Part shown: positions 52,427-63,148 of the stretch, one piece after another
Layout: every line of letters starts with the position of its first letter
Numbering within the stretch: the first letter of the stretch is position 1
Made by a program: the position numbers and the translations under genes
Assembly: GCA_963705955.1 (NCBI GenBank)
Contig: CAVPLH010000009.1
Coordinates: 20,893-84,892, forward strand
From: an uncultured Solirubrobacterales bacterium
Lineage (GTDB): Bacteria > Actinomycetota > Thermoleophilia > Solirubrobacterales > 70-9
Direction: 5' to 3'
Length of the DNA: 64,000 bases
Notes under the pieces: generated by a model
Told to the model about the DNA's origin: nothing
Databases searched by the model: none
What the model saw: only the letters and a program-made list of their open reading frames with translations

Positions 52427-53902
52427 TTGCCCCGGACGCGATCCCCTACCCTTTTTCGCCCCTTGACCGCGATCGGAAGCCCGGACAACCCGCTGCGCGC
52501 CGCGATCGTCGGCTCCGGCCCGGCGGGGTTCTATGCGGCCGAGCACCTGCTGAAGCCCGAGTCGACCACCGTCGAGGTCGACATGTTCGACCGCCTGCCG
52601 ACGCCGTTCGGCCTCGTCCGCGCCGGCGTCGCCCCCGACCATCCGAAGATCAAGTCGGTGATCCGCGTCTATGAGCGGACCGCGGCCCGCGAGGGCTTTC
52701 GCTTCTTCGGCAACGTCGAGATCGGCCGCGAGGTCACCGTGCCCGAGCTCGCCGACCGTTACCACGCCGTCATCCACGCCTACGGCGCCGCAACCGATCG
52801 CCGGCTCGGGATCGCCGGCGAGGACCTGCCCGGATCGCACGCGGCGACCGAGTTCGTCAACTGGTACAACGCCCACCCCGACTTCGCCGACCACGAGTTC
52901 GACCTCTCGAGCAAGCGCGCGGTCGTGATCGGCAACGGCAACGTCGCCGCCGACGTCGCCAGGATGCTGGCACTGCCCGCCGCGGAGCTCGACGTCACCG
53001 ACACCGCCGACCACGCGATCGGTGCGCTCGCCGGGTCGGGGGTCGAGGAGATAGTGATCCTCGGGCGCCGCGGGCCGGCGCAGGCGGCGTTCACGAACCC
53101 CGAGGTACGCGAGCTCGGCGAGCTGACCGACGCCGACATCGTCATCGATCCGGCCGAGATGGAGCTCGACGAGGCGAGCCGCGAGTACGTCGAGTCCGAG
53201 GATTGCGATCCGACCCAGCGCCGCAACGTCGAGATCTTCACAGAGTTCTCGAAGCGCCCGGCGACGGGCAAGCCGAAGCGGGTCGTGATGCGCTTCTGCC
53301 GCTCGCCGGTCGAGATCAAGGGCTCAAACCGCGTCGAGAGCATCGTGATCGGCCGCAACGAGCTCTATCGCGACGATTCAGGCGCGATCCGCGCCCGCGA
53401 CACGGGCGAGCGCGAGGAGCTCGAATGCGGGCTCGTCCTGCGCTCGATCGGCTACAAGGGAGTTCCACTCGAGGGGTTGCCGTTCGATCACCGGCAGGGC
53501 GTGATCCCGAACGATTCCGGTCGGGTCAACGACCCCGAGAGCGGCGCCCAGGTCCCCGGCCACTATGCGGTCGGCTGGATCAAGCGCGGCCCTTCGGGCG
53601 TGATCGGGACGAACAAGAAGGACGCCTTGGACACCGTGAAGTCGATCTTCGAGGACCTCGACGCGGGCAGGATCGGAGAGAGGCCCGTCGAGGACGTGGG
53701 CGGCGACGGGCCGGCGGGCGTCGTTCCGATCGCGGAGTTGCTCGCCGAGCGCGGCGCAGACCACGTCACCTACCTCGGCTGGCAGGCGATCGACCGGGCC
53801 GAGGTCGCGGCCGGCGAGCCGCACGGCCGCCCGCGGATCAAGTTCTGCAAGGTCGAGGAGATGGTCCACCACTCGCGCCAGGCCGACTCGGTCACGAACT
53901 GA
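52427..53902 (+). CDS. fprA: ferredoxin-NADP+ reductase, adrenodoxin-reductase type
   Basis: AIVGSGPAGFYAA (FAD GxGxxG), VIGNGNVAADVARML (NADP site), GWIKRGPSGVIGTNK. Start uncertain (TTG 52427 or TTG 52463). Confidence 0.85.
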   Translation: MPRTRSPTLFRPLTAIGSPDNPLRAAIVGSGPAGFYAAEHLLKPESTTVEVDMFDRLPTPFGLVRAGVAPDHPKIKSVIRVYERTAAREGFRFFGNVEIGREVTVPELADRYHAVIHAYGAATDRRLGIAGEDLPGSHAATEFVNWYNAHPDFADHEFDLSSKRAVVIGNGNVAADVARMLALPAAELDVTDTADHAIGALAGSGVEEIVILGRRGPAQAAFTNPEVRELGELTDADIVIDPAEMELDEASREYVESEDCDPTQRRNVEIFTEFSKRPATGKPKRVVMRFCRSPVEIKGSNRVESIVIGRNELYRDDSGAIRARDTGEREELECGLVLRSIGYKGVPLEGLPFDHRQGVIPNDSGRVNDPESGAQVPGHYAVGWIKRGPSGVIGTNKKDALDTVKSIFEDLDAGRIGERPVEDVGGDGPAGVVPIAELLAERGADHVTYLGWQAIDRAEVAAGEPHGRPRIKFCKVEEMVHHSRQADSVTN

Positions 53903-54053
53903 TCGCGCTTCGCGACGCCGACGCGACCTCCCAGCCCCAACTCTCGCGCCGGGCTTGAAGCTCCGGACGGCAGCGGCCACCCTGGCCGAGATGGCGGCGA
54001 AACATCGAAAGCATCGACGCAGGGCGGCACCGCGGGCCGAGCCGCCCAAGGGT

Positions 54054-54226
54054 CGAGAGCCTCACCCTGATCCGCCCACCACCCGAGAGGGTGAGGTTGG
54101 CGGCGATAGCCGCCGGGAAGGTCACCGCGTTGCGTGCGCGCGGCGAGAGGGTGAGGTTGGGGGCGATAGCCGCCGGGAAGGTCGCCGCGTTGGGGCTCGG
54201 GGGCGAGAGGGTGAGGATCGCGGCCT
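54054..54226. repeat. 60-bp tandem direct repeat (2.3 copies) preceded by an inverted copy of its core
   Basis: CGAGAGGGTGAGG starts at 54084, 54144 and 54204 (exact 60-nt period). Units 1 and 2 are identical at 46 of their first 48 nt. CGAGAG-CCTCACCCT at 54054-68 is the inverted core, forming a 9-bp stem with 54088-96. Confidence 0.85.
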
Positions 54227-54255
54227 CGTGGGGCCGAGGTGACCGGGGGCGGCGG

Positions 54256-55170
54256 GTGACCTCCGGCGGAGTCGATCCAGCCGGTGTGATCGCGGGGCGC
54301 CAGCGAGGAGTGGTGACCCGCGCCCAACTGCGCGCGGCCGGCCTCAGCGTCGAGGCGATCGACCGCCGGCTTCGGGCCGGGCGTCTCCATCGGGTTCACC
54401 GAGGCGTGTATCTCGTCGGTCACGGGGTGTTCCCGCCCCACGCCAGGGAGCTCGCCGCGCTGCTGGCGTGCGGGCGGGGCGCGGTGCTCAGCCACCTCAC
54501 CGCGGCGGCGCTGTGGCGGAGTCGTCGGCGGGCTGCCGGAGGTGGTCGACGTCACGGTCCGCCACCGCGCCCGCCGACAACGCGGCGGCATTCGGATCCA
54601 CCGCACGAGCCGGCTCGACCGTGGCGAGCTCCGGGTCCGCGACGCAATGCCGGTGACCGCACCGGAGCGGACGATCCTCGACCTCGCCTCGATGCTGCCG
54701 GCGCGCGATCTGGCGCGAGCCGTCGACGAGGCGCGCGCCCTCGGCCTCGCCGCCCCGGAGAGGCTGCCGATCGCTCGTCGTCCGTGCGCCGCGCCGTCGG
54801 GGGGCGGCGAGGCTCCGGGCTCTGCTCGACGCCGAGCGCGAGCCTGCGCTGACCCGCTCGGAGACCGAGCGACGCATGGTCGACCTGATCGAGCGCGGTG
54901 GACTGCCACGGCCGCGGATCAACGGCCGCGTCGCGGGCCACGAGGTCGACGCTCCACAGGCCCGGGGTCGACCTGGTCGTCGAGGTCGACGGGTACGCAT
55001 TTCACTCTCACCCGGCCGACTTCGAACGCGACCACTGGCGCGAGCAGGATCTCGCCGCCGCGGGAATGCGGATCTCGCGAGTCAGCCGGCGACAGCTGGT
55101 CGAGGAGCCGGAGGCTGTCCTCGTCCGCCTCGCTCGCGCTCTCGATGCACGACGGCACGCCGATCCGTGA
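54256..55170 (+). pseudogene. DUF559 / AbiEi-N-terminal-domain protein (Vsr-like endonuclease fold) broken by three 1-nt insertions
   Basis: Four frame pieces read as one protein: ...GRQRGVVTRAQLRAAGLSVEAIDRRLRAGRLHRVHRGVYLVGH...AVLSHLTAAALW | GVVGGLPEVVDVTVRHRARRQRGGIRIHRT...PVTAPERTILDLA... | ARLRALLDAEREPALTRSETERRMVDLIERGGLPRPRINGRVAGHEVDA | HRPGVDLVVEVDGYAFHSHPADFERDHWREQDLAAAGMRISRVS...* Junctions at ~54517, ~54790-54815 and ~54953. Confidence 0.75.
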
Positions 55171-55205
55171 CCCCGATCCTGCGCCGTGTGCTGTAGTCCC
55201 CCTGG

Positions 55206-55442
55206 ATGGCCGATCTCGAGGAACTGCGGCGGTTGATCGAGGAGGCGCTGCCCGGCGCCGAGGTCGAGCTGCTCGACGAGGGTGGCGGCGACCATCTGCG
55301 GGCGATCGTCGCCGCCCCGCAGTTCGACTCGATGAAGCGGATCGATCAGCACCGCGCCGTCCGCGCGGCGGTTCGGGCGCGGTTCGATGACGGCTCCATC
55401 CATGCGCTGTCGATCGAGACGACGGTTCTCGGGTCGGGCTGA
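55206..55442 (+). CDS. BolA family protein
   Basis: 78-aa ORF. ...GGGDHLRAIVAAPQFDSMKRIDQHRAVRAAV...IHALSIET matches the BolA pattern. Confidence 0.85.
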   Translation: MADLEELRRLIEEALPGAEVELLDEGGGDHLRAIVAAPQFDSMKRIDQHRAVRAAVRARFDDGSIHALSIETTVLGSG

Positions 55443-55492
55443 GCTACCCCCGCGGACCCGAGGACGGTCGGCAGCTTCGCTACTCTGGCCTC

Positions 55493-55897
55493 ATGGCATC
55501 CGATCCCTCCCTCAAGCAGCAGGTCGAGCAGGCGATCACCGAGAACGAGGTGCTCCTGTTCATGAAGGGCACCCCCGAAGCACCGCGATGCGGCTTCTCG
55601 TTGCGCGTCGTCGGCATCCTCGACCAGCTCGGGGTCGACTACGGAGCGATCGACGTGCTCCCCGCGCTGCAACCGTTGCGCGAGGTGACGGGCGAGCTTC
55701 ACGACTGGCACACGTTCCCGCAGCTCTACGTCAAGGGCGAGCTGGTCGGCGGCTGCGACATCGTCGAGGAGCTGTTCGGGACGGGCGAGCTGGCCGAGAT
55801 GCTCGACCTCGAGCAGCCGACGGACGCGACCGTCCCCGAAGCCGAGCGGATCCTCCCCGGCGGGTCGCAGACGAGCCCGCCGATGCAGCTCGGCTGA
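55493..55897 (+). CDS. grxD: monothiol glutaredoxin, Grx4 family
   Basis: VLLFMKGTPEAPRCGFS (CGFS active site), FPQLYVKGELVGGCDI. Confidence 0.92.
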   Translation: MASDPSLKQQVEQAITENEVLLFMKGTPEAPRCGFSLRVVGILDQLGVDYGAIDVLPALQPLREVTGELHDWHTFPQLYVKGELVGGCDIVEELFGTGELAEMLDLEQPTDATVPEAERILPGGSQTSPPMQLG

Positions 55898-55907
55898 GCG
55901 CAGCCGC

Positions 55908-57809
<1,902 letters not shown>

Positions 57810-57895
57810 TTCCCCTCCGGTTGTCCCACGTGAGACGTGGGTCGAGTCCTAACGAGGCGGGCCCGAAACGGGTCCGCGGTGAAGAGCCGGTGGCT

Positions 57896-58264
57896 CTACA
57901 CGCTCGCCGCCTGCTCGGCGGCGTCCTCGCGGACCTGGAACGACGAGCCGCAACCACAGGCGGCGACGACGTTGGGGTTGTTGACCGTGAACCCGGCGCC
58001 CTGGAGGCCGTCGACGTAGTCGACCTCGGAGCCGAAAACGAACTGCATGCTCGGCTTGTCGACGATCACCGAGACACCGTTGTGCTCGAAGACGTAATCG
58101 TCGTCCTTCGGGGCGTCGAGCGCGAGCGCGTACTGAAAGCCCGAACATCCGCCACCGCGCACCGCGACCCGCAGAGCCTGGTCGGCCTCGCCGGCCGCGA
58201 CGAGGTCGCGGATCTTCTCCGCGGCCGTTTCGGTGAGGGTCACTGCTGACTCTGGCGTATTCAT
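57896..58264 (-). CDS. erpA: iron-sulfur cluster insertion protein, HesB/IscA/ErpA family
   Basis: 122-aa ORF. GGGCSGFQY and the C-terminal NPNVVAACGCGSSF motif. Confidence 0.9.
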   Translation of the reverse strand: MNTPESAVTLTETAAEKIRDLVAAGEADQALRVAVRGGGCSGFQYALALDAPKDDDYVFEHNGVSVIVDKPSMQFVFGSEVDYVDGLQGAGFTVNNPNVVAACGCGSSFQVREDAAEQAASV

Positions 58265-58286
58265 CGCTTCACATTCTAAAGCACGA

Positions 58287-58593
58287 TCACGTCCGAACGG
58301 AATACTTGTGGTCGAGGTACTGCAGGATCCGCTTCGAGTCGCAGATCACCTCGTCGCCGTCGACGAGGACGGGGACCCGCCGCTGGCGGGTCAGCTCCTC
58401 GATCTCGGGACGGGCCGAGCGCTTGTACGGCACGCGGCGCGTCCGGTGCGTGAGCTCGAGCTTGCCGAGGCGCCGCTCGACCGCCCCGCACGGGCAGAGG
58501 ACGTTGGTCGGGGTCGGACAGCGGTAGAGGACGAGCTCGGCGTTCGCGGCCGCGCGGCTTCGCGCGCCTCGCGCCGCGTCCCGGGAGCTTCAC
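58287..58593 (-). CDS. glutaredoxin-like / GST-N-terminal-fold protein with apparent 1-nt frameshift near its 5' end
   Basis: Own translation: ...AANAELVLYRCPTPTNVLCPCGAVERRLGKLELTHRTRRVPYKRSARPEIEELTRQRRVPVLVDGDEVICDSKRILQYLDHKYSVRT* (stop 58287-89). This frame has no start codon. GTG at 58593 overlaps the SDR stop (GTGA) but is in the neighbouring frame. Span length is 3n+1. Confidence 0.6.
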
Positions 58594-59648
58594 GCGCCCA
58601 CCATCCGCCGCGCCGCCCGGGCGGCGCCGCCGATCGCCCTCAGCGCCAGCTGCTCGGGCCCGGGGCCCCGCCGACGGTGCTCGCCGAGCTCGGCGAGCTG
58701 CCAGTTGACCGCGTCCTCGAGCGTCTGCTCGTGGGGGCGCGGCGCGAAGCCGAGTTGCTTGCGCGCCTTGGTGTTCCGGTACGTCCACCAGATCGAGGCC
58801 GAGCGGACCTCATCGGGGGAGATCGGGACCGGCAGACGTAGCCGAGCCGCCGCCTCGACGCCGGTCGCCGCCAGCGACGCCGGCAGCTTCACCGGCGGTG
58901 GCGGGACGCCGGCGAGCCGCGACAGATCCGCGAACAGCCGGTCGAGGGTGAAATTGCGACCGGCGAGGATGTAGCGCTCCCCGACGTCGCCCTTCTCGTC
59001 GGCGAGCAGCTGGCCTGCTGCGACGTCGCGTACGTCAACGATGTTGAGGCCGCCGTCGACGTAGGCGGGGATCCGGCGCAGGCAGAAGCGCCGCACCAAT
59101 CCCATCGACGTCCGCGTCGGGTCGTCGGGCCCGAGCACGAACGACGGGTTGACGATCACGACGGGGAGCCCGTGGGCCGCGAGACGGAACGCCTCGAGCT
59201 CGGCCTCGTGCTTGGAGTTGACGTATGCGATGCCGAGGTGGCCGATCTCGAACGGCGTCTTCTCGTCCGCGGTGCCCTTCGGCTTCGCCGCTCCGATCGC
59301 GCCGACCGTCGAGGTGTGGATCAGTCGCCCGACCTTCGCCTCGAGGGCCTCCTCGAAGACGATCCTGGCCCCCCGCAGGTTGGCGTCGAATACCGCATCG
59401 CGGTCGGCGGCGCGCAGCGACGTCCTCCCGGCGACATGGAAGACGCGATCGACGTCGCGCATCGCCCGCCGCACGGCGCGGCGGTCGGTGATCTCGCCGG
59501 TCGCCCGCTCGAACTCGATCTCGGCGAGTGGTTCGAGCCGGGCGTCGCGCCGCGCGAACAGCCGGATCTCGTCGCCGCGCTCGGCGAGCGCGCGCACCAG
59601 GTGCGAGCCGAGGAAGCCGCTGCCGCCGGTGACCAGTGTCTTGCCCAT
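58590..59648 (-). CDS. NAD-dependent epimerase/dehydratase (extended SDR, HpnA / dihydroflavonol-reductase-like)
   Basis: In-frame ATG at 59648 (MGKTLVTGGSGFLGSHLV). Catalytic YVNSK. Confidence 0.88.
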   Translation of the reverse strand: MGKTLVTGGSGFLGSHLVRALAERGDEIRLFARRDARLEPLAEIEFERATGEITDRRAVRRAMRDVDRVFHVAGRTSLRAADRDAVFDANLRGARIVFEEALEAKVGRLIHTSTVGAIGAAKPKGTADEKTPFEIGHLGIAYVNSKHEAELEAFRLAAHGLPVVIVNPSFVLGPDDPTRTSMGLVRRFCLRRIPAYVDGGLNIVDVRDVAAGQLLADEKGDVGERYILAGRNFTLDRLFADLSRLAGVPPPPVKLPASLAATGVEAAARLRLPVPISPDEVRSASIWWTYRNTKARKQLGFAPRPHEQTLEDAVNWQLAELGEHRRRGPGPEQLALRAIGGAARAARRMVGA

Positions 59649-59706
59649 CGGGCGGGATCCTAGAGCGCCGTGCTCGGGCTGCAGGCGAACTGATAAGACC
59701 CTTGCC

Positions 59707-60648
59707 GTGGCCACCGCGATTGTCACCGACAGCACCAGCTACCTGCCGCCGGAGCTGCTCGCCGAGCACGAGGTCGCGCAGGTCAGCCTCTACGTGACGC
59801 TCGACGGCGCGCAGCGTACGGAGGCCGAGATCGAGCCGTCCTCCTACGACGAGTTCTACGCGCGCCTGCGCGCCAGCGACCAGGGCGCGACCACCTCGCA
59901 GCCGTCGGTCGGTGACTTCATCTCGGTCTACGAGCCGCTCCTCTCCGCGGGCCGCGAGATCGTCTCGATCCACATCTCCGCCGGCATCTCCGGCACCTGC
60001 GAGGCGGCGCGCCAGGCCCGTCAGCAGCTGATCGACAGCGGAGCGGGCGGCGAGCGGGTCGAAGTATGGGACAGCCGCTCGAGCGCCGGCGGCCTCGGGA
60101 TGATGGTCCTGGTCGCGGCCCGAGCCGCCGCGGCGGGCCAGTCGGCGGCGGAGATCGTCGCCGCGGTCGAGCGGGCCCGCGAGAGCCTGAAGCTGTGGTT
60201 CGCCGTCGACACGCTCGAGTACCTGCGCAAGGGCGGCCGGATCGGCGCCGCGCGCGCCCTGCTCGGCTCGGCGCTGCAGGTGAAGCCGATCCTCACGCTC
60301 GGCGAGGAGATCTCCCCCGTGGAGCGGGTGCGGACCCGGCGGCGGGCGTTCGAGCGGATGGTCGAGTTCGCCCGCGAGCTCGACCGCGACGGTGCCGGAG
60401 CCTGGGTCGTCCAGCACATCCAGGACCCCGACCGCGCCCGCCACCTCGTCGACGAGTGCCGCCAGATCTTCGGCTCAGAGCCGGTCTTCGTCTCCGAGAT
60501 CGGGCCCGTGCTCGGAGCCCACACCGGACCCGGCCTGCTCGGCGTCGGCGGTCTCGACGCCGAGTTGCTCGGCTGCAGCAGGACACCTAGCGGCGGCGGA
60601 GAGCCATCAGCCCGCCGATCGCAAATCCGGCGATCGCGGCGCCGATGA
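59707..60648 (+). CDS. DegV family fatty-acid-binding protein
   Basis: GTG at 59707. IVTDSTSYLP, TSQPS, VDTLEYLRKGGRIG, GPVLGAHTGPG. The last ~25 codons are Arg/Ser-rich and overlap the convergent DUF3618 gene, so the true stop is uncertain. Confidence 0.85.
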   Translation: MATAIVTDSTSYLPPELLAEHEVAQVSLYVTLDGAQRTEAEIEPSSYDEFYARLRASDQGATTSQPSVGDFISVYEPLLSAGREIVSIHISAGISGTCEAARQARQQLIDSGAGGERVEVWDSRSSAGGLGMMVLVAARAAAAGQSAAEIVAAVERARESLKLWFAVDTLEYLRKGGRIGAARALLGSALQVKPILTLGEEISPVERVRTRRRAFERMVEFARELDRDGAGAWVVQHIQDPDRARHLVDECRQIFGSEPVFVSEIGPVLGAHTGPGLLGVGGLDAELLGCSRTPSGGGEPSARRSQIRRSRRR

Positions 60649-60859
60649 TCAGCTCGCGACGATGCTCGCGCACCTGGCGGCGCCAGTCGGTGAGCTCGGT
60701 GACCCGGTCGCGCAACGCCTCGACCGAGTGCGAGAGCTCCTGCCGCTGGGCCTCGATGTCGGCGCGGATCTGCTCCGAGGTTCGGGCGGGGGCCGGCGCC
60801 GCCTGGCGCGCCACCGGCTCGCCCGCGCCGCTCCGGTAGATCTCGGGCTCGGTGCTCAC
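60587..60859 (-). CDS. DUF3618-like small membrane-anchored protein
   Basis: GTG at 60859 overlaps the upstream stop (GTGA). ...TSEQIRADIEAQRQELSHSVEALRDRVTELTD...ELIIGAAIAGFAIGGLMALRRR*. Confidence 0.7.
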   Translation of the reverse strand: MSTEPEIYRSGAGEPVARQAAPAPARTSEQIRADIEAQRQELSHSVEALRDRVTELTDWRRQVREHRRELIIGAAIAGFAIGGLMALRRR

Positions 60860-61338
60860 GGTCGCGGCTCGGGTCGATCGGCCACCGGGGTCGGTGCGGG
60901 CTCGTTCGCCACCGGAGTGGTGCTCGCCTCGAGCGTCTGGCGGATCCGCTTGCCCTCCTCGATCGCGAGCTCCGGGGTCGGCGGCGAGCCGGCCTTGACC
61001 GACTTGTAGGCGATCCAGCCGGCGACGCCCGCGGTCGCGAAGAAGAGCACGGCCTCGACCAGGAAGCCGATCCAGATCGAGTCGCCGAAGAAGAGGTCGT
61101 CGAGCAGCCAGGCGATCGAGTGCATCAGCAGGATCAGCCCGAGGAAGGCGAAGACGCCCGCGGCGACACCGACCGCGGAACCGCGGAGCAGCTTGGTGAC
61201 CTTCTCGGTGACCTCGGTCTTGGCGAGCTCGACCTCCTCGCGGACCAGGGTCGAGACCCGCTCGGAGACGTCGAAGACCATCTCGCCGACGGAGCGATCG
61301 TCGCCCGGCCGGGGCGGCGGATAGCCGGGATCCGTCAC
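60856..61338 (-). CDS. phage-holin-family (Holin-X-like) membrane protein
   Basis: GTG 61338 (GTGA overlap with the upstream stop) or ATG 61281. ...VREEVELAKTEVTEKVTKLLRGSAVGVAAGVFAFLGLILLMHSIAWLL...WIGFLVEAVLFFATAGVAGWIAY. Confidence 0.7.
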   Translation of the reverse strand: MTDPGYPPPRPGDDRSVGEMVFDVSERVSTLVREEVELAKTEVTEKVTKLLRGSAVGVAAGVFAFLGLILLMHSIAWLLDDLFFGDSIWIGFLVEAVLFFATAGVAGWIAYKSVKAGSPPTPELAIEEGKRIRQTLEASTTPVANEPAPTPVADRPEPRP

Positions 61339-61469
61339 TCGGGCGGGTCCTCCCCGAAGACGCGCTGCCAGATGGCGGCCGAGAGCCGCATCGCGACGAT
61401 GCTCGCCAGCGCACCGGTCCCGGCGACCAGGCCGGTCCACATCAACCGCTTGACGATCTCGTTGTCCAA
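61335..61469 (-). CDS. DUF4235-like small membrane protein, 44 aa
   Basis: Not in the ORF track. Own translation from TTG 61469 (GAGG upstream): LDNEIVKRLMWTGLVAGTGALASIVAMRLSAAIWQRVFGEDPPE*. Confidence 0.5.
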   Translation of the reverse strand: MDNEIVKRLMWTGLVAGTGALASIVAMRLSAAIWQRVFGEDPPE

Positions 61470-61535
61470 GTCGATCTACCTCGCTCGCGCGCCTACCCGC
61501 CGCGACCCCCGCAGTAAACCATCCCGGGGCGGTTT

Positions 61536-62153
61536 CTATCGGCTCGCGGTTGCGGGCCGCGTCTCGAGCCCGCCACAGATCGTCTCGACCACCATCAATC
61601 TTGCCCGGTCGAAGTCGTCGACGTCCCCGGGGATCAGCTCGAAGACCCAGCCCGAGAGCAGCTGCTCGATCGCGCCGTAGAACCACATCGACGCGAACTC
61701 GGCGTCGATGTCGTCGCGGAAGGCGCCCGAGTCCTGCGCGCCGCGGACGATCTTCGCGATCAGGTCGTAGGCCTGGCGGATCTCGGGCAGGTGGGTGCGC
61801 CCGAACGAGTTCGCCGCCCTGGTCACCTCGACGATGATCACCTTCATCAGCTCCGGGTCGTGGCGGTAGGAGTCGATGATGAAGCCGGCGACCGCGTCGA
61901 GCTTCTCGCGCGGGGGGATCGGGCGGTTGTCGATCTCCTCGATCGCCACCAGGAGCAGCGACCAGCGCTCGGCGAAGAGCTCGTTCAGCACCTGGTCCTT
62001 GGAATCGAAGTAGTGATAGACGAGCCCGTAGGCGACGCCCGCCTCACGGGCGATGTCGGAGACGCGGCAGGCGTGAAAGCCCTGACGGGCGAAGACGCGC
62101 ACCGCGGCGTCGAGGATTTGACGGCGTCGGTCGACCGGCGGTGCCTTTGCCAT
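61536..62153 (-). CDS. TetR/AcrR family transcriptional regulator
   Basis: ATG at 62153 overlaps the upstream stop (ATGA). HTH RQILDAAVRVFARQGFHACRVSDIAREAGVAYGLVYHYFDSK. Confidence 0.9.
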   Translation of the reverse strand: MAKAPPVDRRRQILDAAVRVFARQGFHACRVSDIAREAGVAYGLVYHYFDSKDQVLNELFAERWSLLLVAIEEIDNRPIPPREKLDAVAGFIIDSYRHDPELMKVIIVEVTRAANSFGRTHLPEIRQAYDLIAKIVRGAQDSGAFRDDIDAEFASMWFYGAIEQLLSGWVFELIPGDVDDFDRARLMVVETICGGLETRPATASR

Positions 62154-63016
62154 CAGCCGGCCTCCCCCGCGAGCCGGGCCGTCGAGGCAGGTTCGGTCCC
62201 CTGCGGCCAGTCGTATGCCTCGGGACGACGGTTGGCGAGCGCGGGAACCGACGCCCGCACCCGCTCGAGCGCCTCGAGGTCGATCTCGGCGGATACGAAG
62301 CACTGTCGGTCGGGTGCCTGCGCGAGCACCGTCCCCCAGGGGTCGACGATCATCGAGCGCCCATAGGAGTGGTAGTGCGGGGGCGCCTCGCCGACCTGGT
62401 TCGGGGCGACGACGAAGCACTGATCCTCGATCGCGCGGGCCCGCAGCAGCACCTCCCAATGGTCGCGGCCGGTGGTCATCGTGAAGGCGGCCGGAACGGT
62501 GATCACCTGGGCGCCCGCGAGGGCGAGGATCCGGAAGAGCTCGGGGAAGCGCAGGTCGTAGCAGACGGTGAGCCCGAGCTTGATCCCGGACAGCTCCGCG
62601 ACGACGACCTCGTCGCCGGGCTGCTCGCGAGCCGACTCGCGGTAGCTGACCCCGCCGACGTCGACGTCGAACATGTGGATCTTGCGGTAGCAGGCGACCA
62701 GCGCCCCCTCGCGGTCGACGACGCATGAGCTGTTGAAGAGCCGCTCCTCGCCCTCGACCCGTTCGGCGACGCTGCCGGCGACCACGTCGATGCCGAGATC
62801 GCGGGCCCAGCCGCGGGCCGCGGCGATCGAAGCGCCGTCCTCGAGTGTCTCCGCTCCGGCCGTCAACTCGTCCGGGCCGCCGAGGAGGTTCCACTTCTCC
62901 GGCAGCACCACGAGCTCGGCACCGGCGCCCGCGGCTGCCGCCACGAGCCGCTCCGCGATCTCGAGGTTTCGCGACTTGTCGGCGGTCGAGTTGAGCTGGA
63001 TTGCGGCGACCCGCAT
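62153..63016 (-). CDS. carbon-nitrogen hydrolase (nitrilase superfamily, Nit/omega-amidase-like)
   Basis: In-frame ATG at 63016 (MRVAAIQLN). Catalytic E-K-C contexts LPEKW, YRKIHMFD, TVCYDLRFPE. Confidence 0.88.
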   Translation of the reverse strand: MRVAAIQLNSTADKSRNLEIAERLVAAAAGAGAELVVLPEKWNLLGGPDELTAGAETLEDGASIAAARGWARDLGIDVVAGSVAERVEGEERLFNSSCVVDREGALVACYRKIHMFDVDVGGVSYRESAREQPGDEVVVAELSGIKLGLTVCYDLRFPELFRILALAGAQVITVPAAFTMTTGRDHWEVLLRARAIEDQCFVVAPNQVGEAPPHYHSYGRSMIVDPWGTVLAQAPDRQCFVSAEIDLEALERVRASVPALANRRPEAYDWPQGTEPASTARLAGEAG

Positions 63017-63148
63017 GGTTTGCCCCTTGTCGACACCCCGGACCCAGGCCGGGGTGAAACCCGTTGACTGACCAGTCAATCTAGACGATCCAGGACCCGG
63101 AAAGACGTAATGCGCGGAGCGGTGCCGCCTCCGTGGATCGCCTCGGGC

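Noticed and set aside
54084-54226. Possible CRISPR array
   Set aside because: There are only 2.3 units, the repeat part (48 nt) is far longer than the variable part (12 nt), and no cas genes are present. It is treated as a tandem repeat.
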